A DNA stretch of 64,000 bases, taken from Eledone cirrhosa. Its lineage: Eukaryota. The DNA is taken from positions 103,044,001-103,108,000 of the forward strand of contig OZ024743.1 in NCBI GenBank assembly GCA_964016885.1, written 5' to 3'. The stretch's first letter is position 1; each line of letters starts with the position of its first letter. The notes beneath the pieces were generated by a model that saw only the letters and a program-made list of their open reading frames with translations, was not told where the DNA came from and made no database searches. The position numbers and the translations under genes were made by a program. Positions 25,291 through 38,013 of the stretch are shown here, one piece after another.

Positions 25291-26257
25291 ATATGATTTA
25301 ATTTTCTATTTTATTTTCCTTCATTCAGCAATTCATAAATAAATATAAAATATCTTTTAAATTCAAATTTGTTCTTTGTGTTAATGAAGTTAACTCCCTT
25401 GAAATAATTTGAAGAAAGGCCAAAATTATCTAAGCTTTGTTTCAAACTAGTTTTAATTAAAATTTGATTTCTGATTCAATTTTCATAAAAAGATTGAGAT
25501 CTTTTTTTTTTTTTTTTTTTTTGTGATAATTTCTTTAATAATGATTTTAACATGTTCACTCATAAACATTGAACATTCTCATTATCTGACAAACCTGAAA
25601 TTACATGATTAATTTTAAAATGTTCTAAAAATTGTTTGTAAACATTTATACACCTTTTTATATAAAGAATCACGTACACCTGTCTTTTTCTTGTGTTTTT
25701 TTCTTCTTTCATTTGTCTAGCTATATAACTGATGTTTTTTATTCTCTTATATGAGTTGTGTTGTGCTGGATTGCCATAAGTTCCAGTTGTTAGAGCAATG
25801 GAATTAACATGCAAACTATAGAGTATTCCACAGACACATGCAACCTTAACACAGTTCTCAGAAAGATTCAGCTATCACTTTGAATTACAGGTACAACACA
25901 TTTTTGCCGTTTGAGTGGATTGAGCTATATGATATAAAAAATCTTGTTCAAGGAAATTGAACATACAACCTTACAACCATGCATTCAACACTCCAGCCCA
26001 AATCCATGCTCCATCACTGTTATATGGACACACTAGCATTTCTACTTAAAGAATACAACTACATTAAAACAAACCGGAGAAGATTTGACTGCTCAAGAAA
26101 TCTCAGACATAAGAGAATTTGGAAAATCAGTATAAAATCATGTAAACAAAAACTAGTAAACTTTCTGATACCAAACCACCTGAAGTTGCCCCTGTTTCTT
26201 TAATGCTTTAAAATGTTTATATTCATCTATAAACATATCATAATTTTATATAAGAAA

Positions 26258-28074
26258 CTAGAAGGTGTCATACCAAAAGATTGGTGCAGTAGCATCATTG
26301 TCAACTGCTACAAAGGTAAAGGCGATGCACTAGATAGAGGAAACTATAGCGGTATAAAGTTGATGGACCAGGTCATGAAAGTAACAGAAAGAGTTATAGC
26401 ACAGTTGATTAGGGACCGGGTGAAAATAGACGAGATGCAATTTCGGTTTGTACCAGGAAGCGGCACCACTGATGCCCTCTTGTGAGGCAGTTACAGGAAA
26501 AGTACCTAGCTAAAAGTAAGCCACTCTACTTGGCATTTGTCGACCTTGAGAAAGCCTTTGACAGAGTTCCACGTGCTGTAATCTGGTGGGCTCTTAGAAA
26601 ACTAGGAGTAGATGAATGGCTTGTGAAAGCGGTACAAGCCATGTATAGGTGAGCAGTCAGCAAAGTTAGGATTAGCAATGAGTATCGCGAGGAATTTAGC
26701 ATACAGGTTGGGGTCCACCAGGGCTCTGTTCTTATCCCCCTCCTGTTCATCATGGTCCTGCAGGCAATAACGGAGGAGTTTAAGACCGGATGCCCATGGG
26801 AACTCCTGTATGCTGATGACCTCGCACTCATAGCTGAATCTATGGTAGAACTAGAGAATAAATTCCAAACTTGGAAGCAGGGACTAGAAAGAAAGGGTCT
26901 CAAAGTCAACATGACAAAGACTAAGGTCCTTGTAAGTAGACGAGAAAACAGAACCCAGATCCCCTCAGGGAAATGGCCTTGCTCAGTATGTAGGAAAGGT
27001 GTAGGTAGGAACTCCATTCTCTGCCCCAAATGCAAACAATGGGTACACAAGAGATGTAGCGGGATCTCAGGAAGCTTAATTAAGAATGTAGGTTTCACAT
27101 GCAGCAGCTGTGCTGAGACAGCAAGTAGCAAACAGCCACAGGAAACAAGTACTACCAATCTCTGGGAGGGCTCTGTAGAAACAGTAGACAGCTTCTGCTA
27201 CCTAGGTGACCGAATTAGCAGCGGAGGTGGGTGTTCAGAAAGTACAATAACTAGGGTAGGAACGGGATGGAAGAAGTTTAGGGAACTACTACCACTGCTA
27301 GCTGCAAAAGGCTTCTCCCTCAGAATGAAAGGCAGACTGTATGATGCGTGTATCCGAACAGCAATGTTGCATGGTAGTGAGACCTGGGCGCTGAAAGTGG
27401 AAGACTTACGTAGATTAGAGAGAAACGAGGCCTACATGCTCCGATGGATGTGTAACAGTAATATACGTGAACGACAAAGCATAAATGAATTGAGAGAGAG
27501 ACTGAGCATAAGAGGAATCAAATGCTGTGTGCAGGAGAGGCGGTTGCGCTGGTATGGACATGTGATGCGTATGAAGGATGACAGCTGCATAAAAAGGTGC
27601 AGAGCACTAGAAGTTGATGGAAACCGCGGAGTAGGGAGACCCAAGATGACCTGGGATGAGGTGATAAAAGCCGACCTTACCCAATTACACCTCTCAAAGG
27701 CAATGACACACGACCGTGACCTCTGGCGTCACGCAGTAATACAGAGTACCCGACCTCCCATGGGTACAAGCTGAAGCAGATAGACAATATGCCCCCACAC
27801 TCCCCACCGCAAGATGGTCATGGAGGTGCCACGGCAAAAAAGCACCCAGCCCACACTGTAAAGTGGACGTGTAGGCGCCACAAAAAAGCACCCAGCACTC
27901 ACTGTAAATGAGGTTGGTGTTAGGAAGGGCATCCAGCTGTAGAAATCAAGCCAAATCAGTTCCTGTATGAGCAAGGCATGGTCAGCCGACCAGACACTGC
28001 CCACAACAGGACAACCCGTCTAACCCATGCTAGCGTGGAAGAACGGATGTAAAACGGTGATGATGATGATGATG
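26258..28074 (+). mobile_element. RTE-clade LINE, 5'-truncated, second subfamily
   Basis: YKGKGDALDRGNY, AFVDLEKAFDRVP, GVHQGS, LLYADD, PHD-like finger, RRLRWYGH; ORF 26752-27774; 3' UTR with (GAT)n tail. Confidence 0.92.
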
Positions 28075-28849
28075 AAGCTTTTTGTTATGTTCCAAACACT
28101 GTAATGAAAGGCAAAGTTGATCTGAGTAGTATTTGAAACCAGAATATAGAGGGCCATAACAAAATGCTGAAGTGTATTTCACCTGGTACATTAATGATTC
28201 TGCCAATCCATAGCACTCATCTAGTATATATATATAATTTATAATAAATAAATACATATATATATTCAACCCCTGTAAAATGTTGTGTTGAATGAAATAG
28301 TGTAAATTAAATATAAAATATTGCAATTCATACAGCTACTGTTCATGTTAATGTATTCATTTTAATTATTTATATAAAATTAAGAGAACACAAAGATCTA
28401 TAAATTCTAAATGTACTAATAGTAAAAATATAATATAATGTAACCTTCTTCTTTGCCCAATTATTCCTGAGAGGGTCATGGGGGAAGAGTCCTCAAACAC
28501 TCCTTCCAGTAGGTCCTGTCAGAAGCAACTATCTCCAACTGATCTGGCTAGATCCCCAAGCGAGATCAGCCAAGCTCATGGATGTTATCCAACCATCGTG
28601 CTCTGGGTCTCTTGCCCGTTGGTTTTTGCCCATAAAATCTGTCCAGTGATTCTTTCCTGAGACATTCTAACCACATGCCCATAATATCGGAGCTGTGATC
28701 CTCCTTTTTTTAGGAGTAGATCATTGCTATGTCAAGTCAATTCTTTAAGCTTTCATCACTCCTTTATTTAGTAGAATCACATGAAAACAAGGAAGCAGAG
28801 ATAAACCATCCCAACTTTAAGGCTCCTTGGACTCGAGACCAACCCTTTG

Positions 28850-29940
28850 AAGTCCAGTGTGATAGACATTAGCTACGGAGAAGCTGAATTCCACAACACC
28901 ATACTCAGCATCCATTCTGTCTTGTCCATGGCTTGGCTAATGCTCAAAGACACCACCTATATTCTTGGCCCTCCAATTCTTTTGAAAGTCATGTGAGGGT
29001 GCCTGGAGAACAAGCATGCAGGCCTGTTATAAATGGCAGAGAGTCTGTGCCACATTGATGCTTACTCAGCACTCTTCCTCTCGAGAAACAGCCTCGCCCT
29101 TCAAAAATGTTTATTCATGCTGCACGGCACACCTTGTCACCCCCACACAGATTACCTTAGTGTAATCAGATGTTGTGCAGAACTCATCTGCAATGTTAGA
29201 TTTGACAGGGCCCACTGGACAGTCTTTGGCTTCTCTGCCTCCCAGTATAAAAATGTCCATCAGGTGGATCAAGTCTGGCTTGGACCAACTCAGCCTCGCC
29301 TGCCTCTGACCCGCTTCACAGCCAAACATTGATGTATGGCTCAATTCGGTGCCCTCTTCATCAACCAGTACCCTTCTTGAAGATGAGTACACTTGCATTG
29401 GAGTGACCCAAAGCTTCATCCTCCATGTGTGGGAGCCACACAAATGCTGTTGTTGACAAATTTGACCTGAACCCACTGACTGTCATGCCACCAGAGCACA
29501 GGCTAGTTCCCCAACATGCTGCTCTCATTGAGATATTGAGAAGGAGCCTGAATGCAGCTGGCTTCCCATCACAACTGGAGCCAACATGCCTCAACTGTGG
29601 AGACAGCAAATACCCCAACAGAATTATGCTCTTCCAATTTGAAGGAGGTAAATCCCTCATCTGGAACGCCACATGCTGTGACATATTCTCCGCCTCCAAC
29701 TTAGTTGTTTTGGCCACAAACCGCGGTACTACGGCCCGCGATGAATAGGTCAGGATGACTGGGAGATGTCAAGACATAAGGTGTCCTTAGACCCCATACT
29801 CACGAGCTCCTCCATAAAATTGGAATGCAAGCAGCCTGCGAGGTGGAGTGGCAGTTGCAGCGGGTGTCGCTGGCCATTGTCCACAGAAATGTTTTTGCAG
29901 TTTTTTCGTGGGGCGCTGTCAAAACACCGCCCTGCCCCAG
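28850..29940 (+). mobile_element. Decayed CRE-like non-LTR retrotransposon (C-terminal restriction-like endonuclease region)
   Basis: ALFLSRNSLALQKCLFMLHGTP, WLNSVPS, HAAL.EIL.RSL.AAG.PSQLEP, GK.LIW.ATC.D.F resemble CRE-clade RT-to-RLE C-termini; multiple frameshifts. Confidence 0.7.
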
Positions 29941-31380
29941 GCATAGAACTTATCACCTTCTCCCCTTACCCTCCCTCTCTTCTGTGGCCTAATAGTCCGT
30001 GCTTTTTCCTCCTCCTTTTCTTCTTATTTTTGGCATTTATAGTCTCTTCCTCTACTTTCTTATACAGCCAGATCTGCCTTTCTTTACCCTTTCCCCCTCT
30101 GTTCATTACTTAATTTTATTTTTATCTTTTTTTTTGCATATTTCCATCATTGTGTAACTACTTTTTGTAAAATATAGTTGACATATGTTTATGCACAATT
30201 GATTAAATAAATAATTTTGTAACGAAAAGGAATGAATGCAAAAATAAAAAAAATAACAATATAGCTTTGAACAATGACATAGAAGAACTCTACTTCCCAC
30301 AGGGAGGATCTGTGGTGATCAACCAGCCAATTACATTGACGCTTTCTGAAGTATTCGATTCCCAGCTCAGCCTAATTCTCGCTAGATGAACACATGTCTT
30401 AAAGCAAGAGTATATCGCGCCTAACTTGAAGATACTGAAGCTAATGTGAGTATTGCGAAGAATAAAAAGGATAGATAAAATCGAAATAAACTTTTCCGTA
30501 CACTGCCGTTTGAGAACTCTAATGTTTTTCTTTCTTTTCTCTTTCTTCTTTTCCCTGTCGCAGGTCAGTGTCTTAATTTGTCACTCAGTAGATTTTCATG
30601 ATTCTTTCCAGATTTGGAAAAACGTTCGTAAATTTTTATTTTAACATTTCAACAGTGCTAAACATTTTCTACAACTGTTACAAATTCGTTTCACTTTTTT
30701 GGAGCACTTTCTCCCTTGGTACGTTTGTTATTGGTAGAATTATAGATAAATAGTTGATCGATGTTAATGGGCCCAATATCACTTAATTCTTTACCACAAG
30801 AGTTCAATAATTAAGCTTCATTGTTTCTTTTAAATGTGGAGTTAAAGAATGCTAGCCTTTATTTGTAGAATTATATGTATTAAGAAGATGTAGTTCTATA
30901 TTCCTGGTGTCTCTTGAAAAGCTAAGTGCTAGGGACTATAGGCTCTATTAACAAGTGAAGCCAGAAAAAACAATTTAAATAAATATTATTTTGTTTCATT
31001 TAAGTCAAAATTGAGATACTCGAATGAAACTATATATATTATTTTAAGTGAAAATAAATAAATTATTCAATAATGTATTAATTCTACGGCCCCAGCAAAA
31101 TACTCAAAGACAGTGTCAAAAGATAGGTAAATATATATTTTCCCAATAATTGAATTAATTTATATTGTGCCCTTGTTTGTGCCTTATATATAGTATATAG
31201 ATTACAAGAAAAACAGTAAAATGGCCCCTAGGTGGTTTATTGTATTCACAGATACACCATTGAGTACTTCATGCAAGTGGCTTCACTCTCTACTTGATTT
31301 ACTGTGTATATATATACATATATATATATACAAATATATATCAACAATTAAACAATATCTATCTATCTATCTATCTATCT

Positions 31381-34227
31381 AGATCGTACCTAGATAGGGT
31401 TCTAGTTAGAAATAAGGATAGGGACATGTTAAGCTGTCCACAAATGTTCATGGTTGCCTATTCAGATCACAAACTAGTGACCTGCATGGCCAACCTTGAT
31501 AGAACCCATAGACAAGGACCCGGCTACTGGAAGCTGAACTTGTCGTTACCGACAAGCAAAGCCTACAGTAGACGGATTAGCACTTTAGTTAAACAGCACT
31601 TGACAGGGGCCATTGTCAACAACAGATGGTGGTACTCTCTCAAGAGGGCAGTTAGATTAGACTCGATAGTTTTTAGTAAAGAATTAGCGTTAGATAGAAA
31701 TAGAACCGAGAAGGAACTGGTAGATAAAGTAGAAGAGGCAATTAGAAGTGGCAACGTAGCCAGCGTGCTAGCAACGAGAACGGCCTTGGACCAGTTCTTC
31801 GACGCAAAGCACGAGGGCTGCGTTGTCAGAAGCAAAATACGTGCTCTGGGAAACGAGGGAGCCAAAGCTGTTAGCTGGGCCCGAGTGACGGAGGCAAAAA
31901 GTGGCAACAAGTCCACGATTCGGTCTTTGAAGGACCAAAACGGACGCGTGATACGTGAGCCGAAGCAGATGTGTGCGGCTTTTCAGCGGCACTTTGCTCG
32001 GCTGTTCGGGGGGAGCGGCGCGCCGGGAGAGGCTATGGATTTCGGTCCATACCTCGACGGCCTACCGCGACTCTCGGACAGCGAGGCGAAGTTCTGCGAA
32101 AAGCCGATTTCAGCCACTGAGATAGGGGACGCGCTGAGCCAATGCGGCAAACGCAAATCTCCAGGTCTCGACGGTCTACCCTACGAATTTTACGTAGCAA
32201 TGCCGGACTTATTCTCCGGTCTCCTGGAAGCGGTCTACTGCAACTGGCAACAGAACGGGAGAATTCCCAGTTCTGTAACCGGGGGCGTGGTCACACTAAT
32301 CAGGAAGGACGAGAATAAGGGGGATGACATAGGCAACTTCCGGCCCATAACTCTGCTAAACACAGAGTTACAGATTTTGGCCAAGGTGTTGGCAAAGAGG
32401 CTGGCGCTTGTCGTCGAGAACCTGGTGGGAGAAGCGCAGACATGCGCGATCCCGACCAGGTCCATACACGACAACCTCCACCTCATGCGATACATCATAG
32501 AGAGGGTAGGGTGTAAACCCGGCTTCGGTGGGGCCCTGATCAACTTGGATCAGTCTAAGGCTTTCGATAGGGTTGACCATCGTTACCTGGATGCGGTGCT
32601 CGAGGCGGCAGGCTTCGGACCCGTGTTCAGGGGCTGGATTGCTGCAATGCACAACAGCAACATCTGCTCAAGGGTCAAGGTGAACGGTTACCTCTCGGAG
32701 CCGTTCCATATTACGCGATCCATTCGACAGGGATGCCCTCTCTCCTCCCTTCTGTACGTACTGACTCTCGAGCCACTACTGCGGAAGCTGGAGCTATTGC
32801 AGGGCATCCCTCTGGAACCGGGACTGCGGAAAGCGGCGTCGGCCTACGCCGACGACGTGACAGTAATGGTGTCGAGCGCCTCGCAAATCGAGGAAGTCGG
32901 CACCTTACTAAAGGAATACGAAAGTCTCACAGGAGCGAAGCTGAACCGGGACAAGTCCATCGGTTTGCAACTCGGATCGTGGAGAGGCAGACCGATGCCT
33001 TCCGATGGCGTCGTCGGACGCTGGACGGAAGGACCGGTAAAGCTGCTCGGGGTCTGGTTTGGTCCGGACCTCCAGGTGGAGAAGAACTGGAACGAAGTGA
33101 CGGCCAAGGTGTTTGCACTCACCCAGAAGTGGGCCGAGTGCAAACTATCCTTGAAAGGTCGAGCGGAGGTGGCGAACACTTTTATAGCGTCCGCCATCTA
33201 CTACCGCTTGACCGTCGTGCCTTGTCCAGCCAAAACGCTCGCCAAAATGGAGCGCGCCCTCTTCCGATTCCTTTGGAAGAGGCGGGCTCCTTTGGTAAGA
33301 AGATCCATCTGCTGCCAACACCCTTCTAACGGAGGGCTGGGGATGCCGTGGTTGACGATGCGCAAACACGCGCTCAGGCTGCGGCATCTCTACGTATTCC
33401 TCACCGGACAACCGGTGTGGGCCCCGTTCGTGAGGCGAGCCTTCCCACGACTCGTCTCGCTGACCGAGCTGCAGTCCTGGGTCAAGCAGAGACCGAGGAA
33501 AATGGGCGACTGGCACATCGAATGTGCTCAGGCGCTCACAGCCCTCTGGCAGGCGGACCCGGCGATCAGTGGAGACTCCACTTCGTCATTCTATAGAGGG
33601 TTGGTCCGCAGCAAGTGCGACGACGCGCTCGGTGAAACTCTAGGCGTGGAGGAAGATGAACTGGCCAGTCTGTTCGGTAGGACCTTCCGCCCGGGACCGA
33701 TGGACAACTTCCAAAAGTCCCTGGCCTGGCAGTGCTACCGAGGAGCTCTACCAGTTCGAGACAAGCTCTACAGACATGGGCGCCCGGGAAGGGACCCTGC
33801 AAAAAAGATCTGTCCGAGGTGCGTGCGAGACGAAGAAACCGTCGCGCACGCATTCATACACTGCCCGGGCGTCACTGACCTGTGGGGCTATGTAGAACGA
33901 CTATTGTCGCGGGTGGGACCAATCCAGTTGACCACCGAGTCCATTGTCATGATCAAACCGCCACCCTCCTTCAAAAACGAAGGAGAGGCGGTTTTCCTTT
34001 GTGTGATAGCTATGGCGAAAGAGGTTGTATGGTGGACAAGGTTGAAAGGGCTGAGGTCAGACACCTTTCTCTCCGGCCAACAACTGATTCTTTTTTTCAA
34101 ATACCACTTTGGAAGAAGAATCAGGATGGAGAGAGAGGTGCTGTACCCCAGCAAGTTTTATGAAAGGTGGGTGAAAGTGGCGAGAATGGCCCGAGTGAAT
34201 GGGCCTTCTCTCTATATCAGCCTGTAG
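31381..34227 (+). CDS. Tx1/L1 ORF2 (APE C-end, RT, CCHC zinc finger), uninterrupted
   Basis: SYLDRVL, SDH, GPGYWKLN, KSPGLDGLPYEFY, FRPITLLN, LDQSKAFDRVDH, IRQGCPLS, AYADD, GGLG, CPRC..EETVAHAFIHC. Confidence 0.92.
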   Translation, partial: RSYLDRVLVRNKDRDMLSCPQMFMVAYSDHKLVTCMANLDRTHRQGPGYWKLNLSLPTSKAYSRRISTLVKQHLTGAIVNNRWWYSLKRAVRLDSIVFSKELALDRNRTEKELVDKVEEAIRSGNVASVLATRTALDQFFDAKHEGCVVRSKIRALGNEGAKAVSWARVTEAKSGNKSTIRSLKDQNGRVIREPKQMCAAFQRHFARLFGGSGAPGEAMDFGPYLDGLPRLSDSEAKFCEKPISATEIGDALSQCGKRKSPGLDGLPYEFYVAMPDLFSGLLEAVYCNWQQNGRIPSSVTGGVVTLIRKDENKGDDIGNFRPITLLNTELQILAKVLAKRLALVVENLVGEAQTCAIPTRSIHDNLHLMRYIIERVGCKPGFGGALINLDQSKAFDRVDHRYLDAVLEAAGFGPVFRGWIAAMHNSNICSRVKVNGYLSEPFHITRSIRQGCPLSSLLYVLTLEPLLRKLELLQGIPLEPGLRKAASAYADDVTVMVSSASQIEEVGTLLKEYESLTGAKLNRDKSIGLQLGSWRGRPMPSDGVVGRWTEGPVKLLGVWFGPDLQVEKNWNEVTAKVFALTQKWAECKLSLKGRAEVANTFIASAIYYRLTVVPCPAKTLAKMERALFRFLWKRRAPLVRRSICCQHPSNGGLGMPWLTMRKHALRLRHLYVFLTGQPVWAPFVRRAFPRLVSLTELQSWVKQRPRKMGDWHIECAQALTALWQADPAISGDSTSSFYRGLVRSKCDDALGETLGVEEDELASLFGRTFRPGPMDNFQKSLAWQCYRGALPVRDKLYRHGRPGRDPAKKICPRCVRDEETVAHAFIHCPGVTDLWGYVERLLSRVGPIQLTTESIVMIKPPPSFKNEGEAVFLCVIAMAKEVVWWTRLKGLRSDTFLSGQQLILFFKYHFGRRIRMEREVLYPSKFYERWVKVARMARVNGPSLYISL

Positions 34228-34464
34228 GTTGAGGAAAAGGAGGAGGAGAGGAAAGGAGTACAAGCTCTTCGTACTCCTGGAGATGAGGGTTGCACATTTT
34301 TTTCGGGGGTCTGTGTTACCCATATAAACTGTCTCCCTCTATTGGGGAAAATCGACTAACTTTTAAATTCCATCTGTGATAACATTTTACACGTTTTTAT
34401 TGTATGTAAACTTCCCCCTTTGTATTTGTCCCCTTCTTTTGTGCCCCTGTGGCTAATAAAGAAA
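31381..34464 (+). mobile_element. 5'-truncated Tx1/L1-clade LINE
   Basis: GC-rich block; ORF, short 3' UTR and AATAAA at 34455; flanked by (TATC)n on both sides. Confidence 0.9.
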
Positions 34465-34484
34465 TATATCTATCTATCTATCTA

Positions 34485-34585
<101 letters not shown>

Positions 34586-34674
34586 CAAAGGAATTGTGGT
34601 AATGAACCAGATGGACCATAACGCACCAGAATACTCAATACTTAGTGTAGTAGAGTGGGAAATAGGAAAAAGTA

Positions 34675-34772
34675 TGACCCCGACGGCAGAGCTCAAGCCG
34701 TTTCGACGGCTATTTCTAGACTAAATTAGAATTTTTAGCCTTTTGAATAAATAGCCGAACTTGTCAAGGGGG
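34675..34772 (-). ncRNA. Type I hammerhead ribozyme, U3-A8 core variant
   Basis: CCCC-TTGACAA-stem II(CGGCTATTT/AAATAGCCG)-GAAA-CGGC..GCCG-TC-GGGG; GUC triplet. Confidence 0.75.
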
Positions 34773-36148
34773 TACTTCCTTATATTATCTTAGAATTAAA
34801 GGGGTGGGAGAACTGATGCTACAAAGACCCGATGGGCTGCATCGGGGTAGGCGAAAGGGGAAAAGCAGACGAGGAAGAAAATAGGGGGTGGAAGGAAGTG
34901 ATAGGATGAGACAGGGGGAAGAAGAAGACATAGAGGAAAAGAAAAGAGATACATCTACCTATGTAAGCTGGGGTTTCCCTAACTTATTCGGCAGGGGGGG
35001 GGCATCAGTGGAGAGCCAACCAGGAGGTGTAACTGCCCTGATAGATCTACGTGCCCCCTCAACAACAAATGCCGAGAACGTAACGTGATCTACCAGTGCA
35101 ACGTGAGGACGGACACCTCCAACAAAGCTTATATAAGATTAACCACGTATGACTTCAAGACCCGGCTTTACCAACACCGACATACTTTCCGAAACGCGGT
35201 CCGGCGACATGCCACTACACTTTCGGGCCACATCTGGGACCTCCAAGATAATAATATAACCTACAATCTCACTTGGAGCTTACTGTCCAGAGCTAACTCT
35301 TACACGGGAGGACGCCATCCGTGTAACTTATGCTCGGGGGGAACATTACAAATGCTGTTTTCAAAGGACCAACACCTAAACAAGAAAGACGAACTGGTAA
35401 CCGCATGCAAACACAGATTGCGTAGGACTTACCTCGCCCTCAAACCCCATAACGACCCGGGTGGCTAGACAAGAGTTGATACTCCCCCACTTGCCGAATA
35501 AGTTAGGGAAACCCCAGCTTACATAGGTAGATGTATCTCTTTTCTTTTCCTCTATGTCTTCTTCCCCCTGTCTCATCCTATCACTTCCTTCCACCCCCTA
35601 TTTTCTTCCTCGTCTGCTTTTCGCCTACCCCGATGCAGCCCATCGGGCCTCTGTAGCATCAGTTCCCCCACCCCTGTAATTTTAAGATAGAATTGGCCGA
35701 ATACGTTTTACTAACTACTCATACTAACTACTTATAGCAGATGTGTTAGACCCCTTAATTTTGTATCAGTTTTGTTACTACTCCATTTATACAACTTTTT
35801 TCGATTCTCAACTTATTAACCTGTAATTGTAAGATAGTATTGTGATTTTTTTTATTCATTTCTCACTATCTAATTTTATATTTTTTTTTTATTTCTTCCT
35901 ATTATGTTTTATTGTCTCCTACTCCCGTTCGAATTACCTATTCTATAACCTCCCTCCTCCATTTCATACACTATCATTTGAATCTGGTGTATACATTCAC
36001 TTTCAACGCTTGGCCGACTCCAGGCAAGTTCTACAGGCAAGTTCAGCCACCCCTACCTCCCACCAAATGCCATGATAGACTTATTTGTGTTTACAACAAA
36101 TGTTAACCATTCCTCCTGACAACTACAATCTTCCCATATAAGGAAGTA

Positions 36149-36244
36149 CCCCTTGACAAGTTCGGCTATTTATTCACCAGGCTAAAAATTCTAATTTAGT
36201 CCAGAAATAGCCGTCGAACCGGCTTGAGCTCTGCCGTCGGGGTC
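36149..36244 (+). ncRNA. Second copy of the U3-A8 hammerhead with GAAA changed to GAAC
   Basis: TTGACAA at 36153, GAAC at 36216, GTC at 36236. Confidence 0.65.
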
Positions 36245-36255
36245 ATACTTTTTCC

Positions 36256-36287
<32 letters not shown>

Positions 36288-36309
36288 AAGAGAGAGATAT
36301 TGTTTAATT

Positions 36310-36670
36310 TTTGATTTTCATCAAAGCTTTTCCGTCACACATTCTGTGACCACCTCAGTGACACAGCTCGCAAATATAAGATGGAGTCAGACAGAACAAA
36401 GGCGAGAAATAAAATAACAACAAAAATTGTCACTGAGGAGGTCGCAGAATGTGTGAAGAAAGAGCTTTGATGACAATCAACTACTGGGAAATTATAATTG
36501 TTTCTACTTTTGGCACAAGGCCAGCAATTACCCAGTGCATTACTGGTACTTTATTTTATCGACCCCGTAAGGATGAAAGGCAAAGTTAACCTCGGCGGGA
36601 TTTGAACTCAGACTTGAAATCGACAAGTGCGTGTGCTTTTATTGGCAGTATGACCCTTCCAAAGTATAAG
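36310..36670. mobile_element. Small inverted PLE pseudo-LTR remnant plus SINE
   Basis: Arms 36310-36365 and 36427-36480 carry CTGAGGAG-GTCGCA..TGTGA.GAAA; ends ATGACCCTTCCAAAGTATAA like the 60420-60447 family. Confidence 0.65.
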
Positions 36671-36682
36671 TATATATACATA

Positions 36683-37012
36683 CAGTGTACCTCCAGCATT
36701 CGCGGTCCCCGTTATTCGCGGAATTTTCCTTAGAACCTAACTAATAATTGTTCGTGGAAATCACCGCATATTCGCGGAATCGTAAATATCTTCCGCAATA
36801 TTTTTACGGCTTTTTTCGTGGTAATATATATTTTTTCACGCTTTTTATCGCTAAATTAATTATGACAATATACCGTATTTGCCGGCCCATATTTTACGTT
36901 ATATTTTGACGTTTATAGGGATTTTTATGGACCACGTCCAATATTCGTGGTTTTTTAAACTCTTCGTGTGTGGTCTAGGAACATAACCCCCGCGAATACC
37001 GGGGTACAACTG
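36683..37012. mobile_element. pogo/Tigger-type MITE
   Basis: TIRs CAGTGTACCTCCAGCATTCGCGG ... CCGCGAATACCGGGGTACAACTG; internal ATTCGCGG motifs. Confidence 0.65.
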
Positions 37013-37442
37013 GATATATATATGTGTGTGTGTGTTTGTGTGTATAATATATATAGGTTTGTAAAAAAAATGTTTGATCTTCAAAGAAAAAGAAACCACA
37101 AACAATAATAAAGAACTAAATAGTAGTTGATAATATAATAGATTATTAGAAATTTATTTATCAAAGCTGAAAATATTGACAAGGATGTCGACTTTCTCTG
37201 TTTTTTTAATTTATTTTCAAAGTTCTCGGATTGGGTGTTGGTGGCATACAATTACATATACTCTAAAGTTATCTAATTATACAATCGTGGTCGCCATTAA
37301 TTGTTCGACACACCATTAATACGCTCTATATATATATCCAGGGAGTGACATTACTGTAGGTTCACCCAGGTGGGCACTCGATGATTAGGTTCACGTCAGT
37401 AGCGAGGTGTAGAGCTAAACAGAGTGTAATTTAATAATACAA

Positions 37443-37671
37443 GGGCGATTTATTAAGCCTTCATTACGTTTATTGATTGGTGAAGCGCATTTCGCTATTG
37501 ATCAGCTCAAGGTCCAATCTGTATCGATCTTACCCGACTCTGGAATCAAAAGCTCGTCGTACCTCTGATTCCAGAGTCGGGCCAGATCGATACAGATCGA
37601 ACTTTGAGCTGATCCATAGCGAAACGCGCGTCACCAGTCAATAAACGTAATGAAGCCTTAACAAATCGTCC
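37443..37671. repeat. Imperfect ~105-bp-arm foldback
   Basis: Arms pair across a short loop at about 37548-37565; the right arm contains GAAACGCGCGTC. Confidence 0.85.
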
Positions 37672-38013
37672 ATACATTTTTCTCTCTCCCCGTTTTTCTC
37701 ATATCAGCCTTCTGTGTTTTGTTCTTCCCAAAATACTAATACTCTCTTCTCTATCTGACTTCCAACGCACGCACACACACACACACACATATATATATAT
37801 GGAGGTGTGTGTATGTATATACGTGTGTGTGTGTATATTTTAAAAAATGGTAAGAGAGAGAGAAAGATATACTGTTTCTTAGACTTCGTCGCTGATATCG
37901 GGGAAACTTTCATAATTGATGAAATTATTATAAAATAATTGTGATACCTACTATGTGATTGTTAAGTATAGTCTTAACATAAATCAGGCAGGAATCAACA
38001 AAAATTTAACTAC

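Larger units (their letters stand above)
34660..36258 (+). mobile_element. 5'-truncated PLE with inverted upstream pseudo-LTR
   Basis: GIY-YIG C-terminus CNCPDRSTCPLNNKCRERNVIYQC...FKTRLYQH...CNLC...LNKKDELVTACKH (about 35010-35468); 34660-34995 is the reverse complement of 35485-35690 plus 36135-36258. Confidence 0.85.

Noticed and set aside
25678-26200. Possible exon or pseudogene fragments
   Set aside because: No recognisable domain, weak splice sites, and stops or frameshifts.
30300-30565. Possible exon with GTGAGT donor and pyrimidine-rich acceptor
   Set aside because: All frames are closed and there is no supporting neighbouring exon; it cannot be distinguished from chance.
31294-31380. 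N-terminal part of the 977-aa ORF
   Set aside because: Microsatellite read-through; the element starts at about 31381 and is 5'-truncated.
32733-33329. 198-aa overlapping ORF and antisense ORFs inside the Tx1 element
   Set aside because: Expected by-products of GC-rich coding sequence; no motifs.
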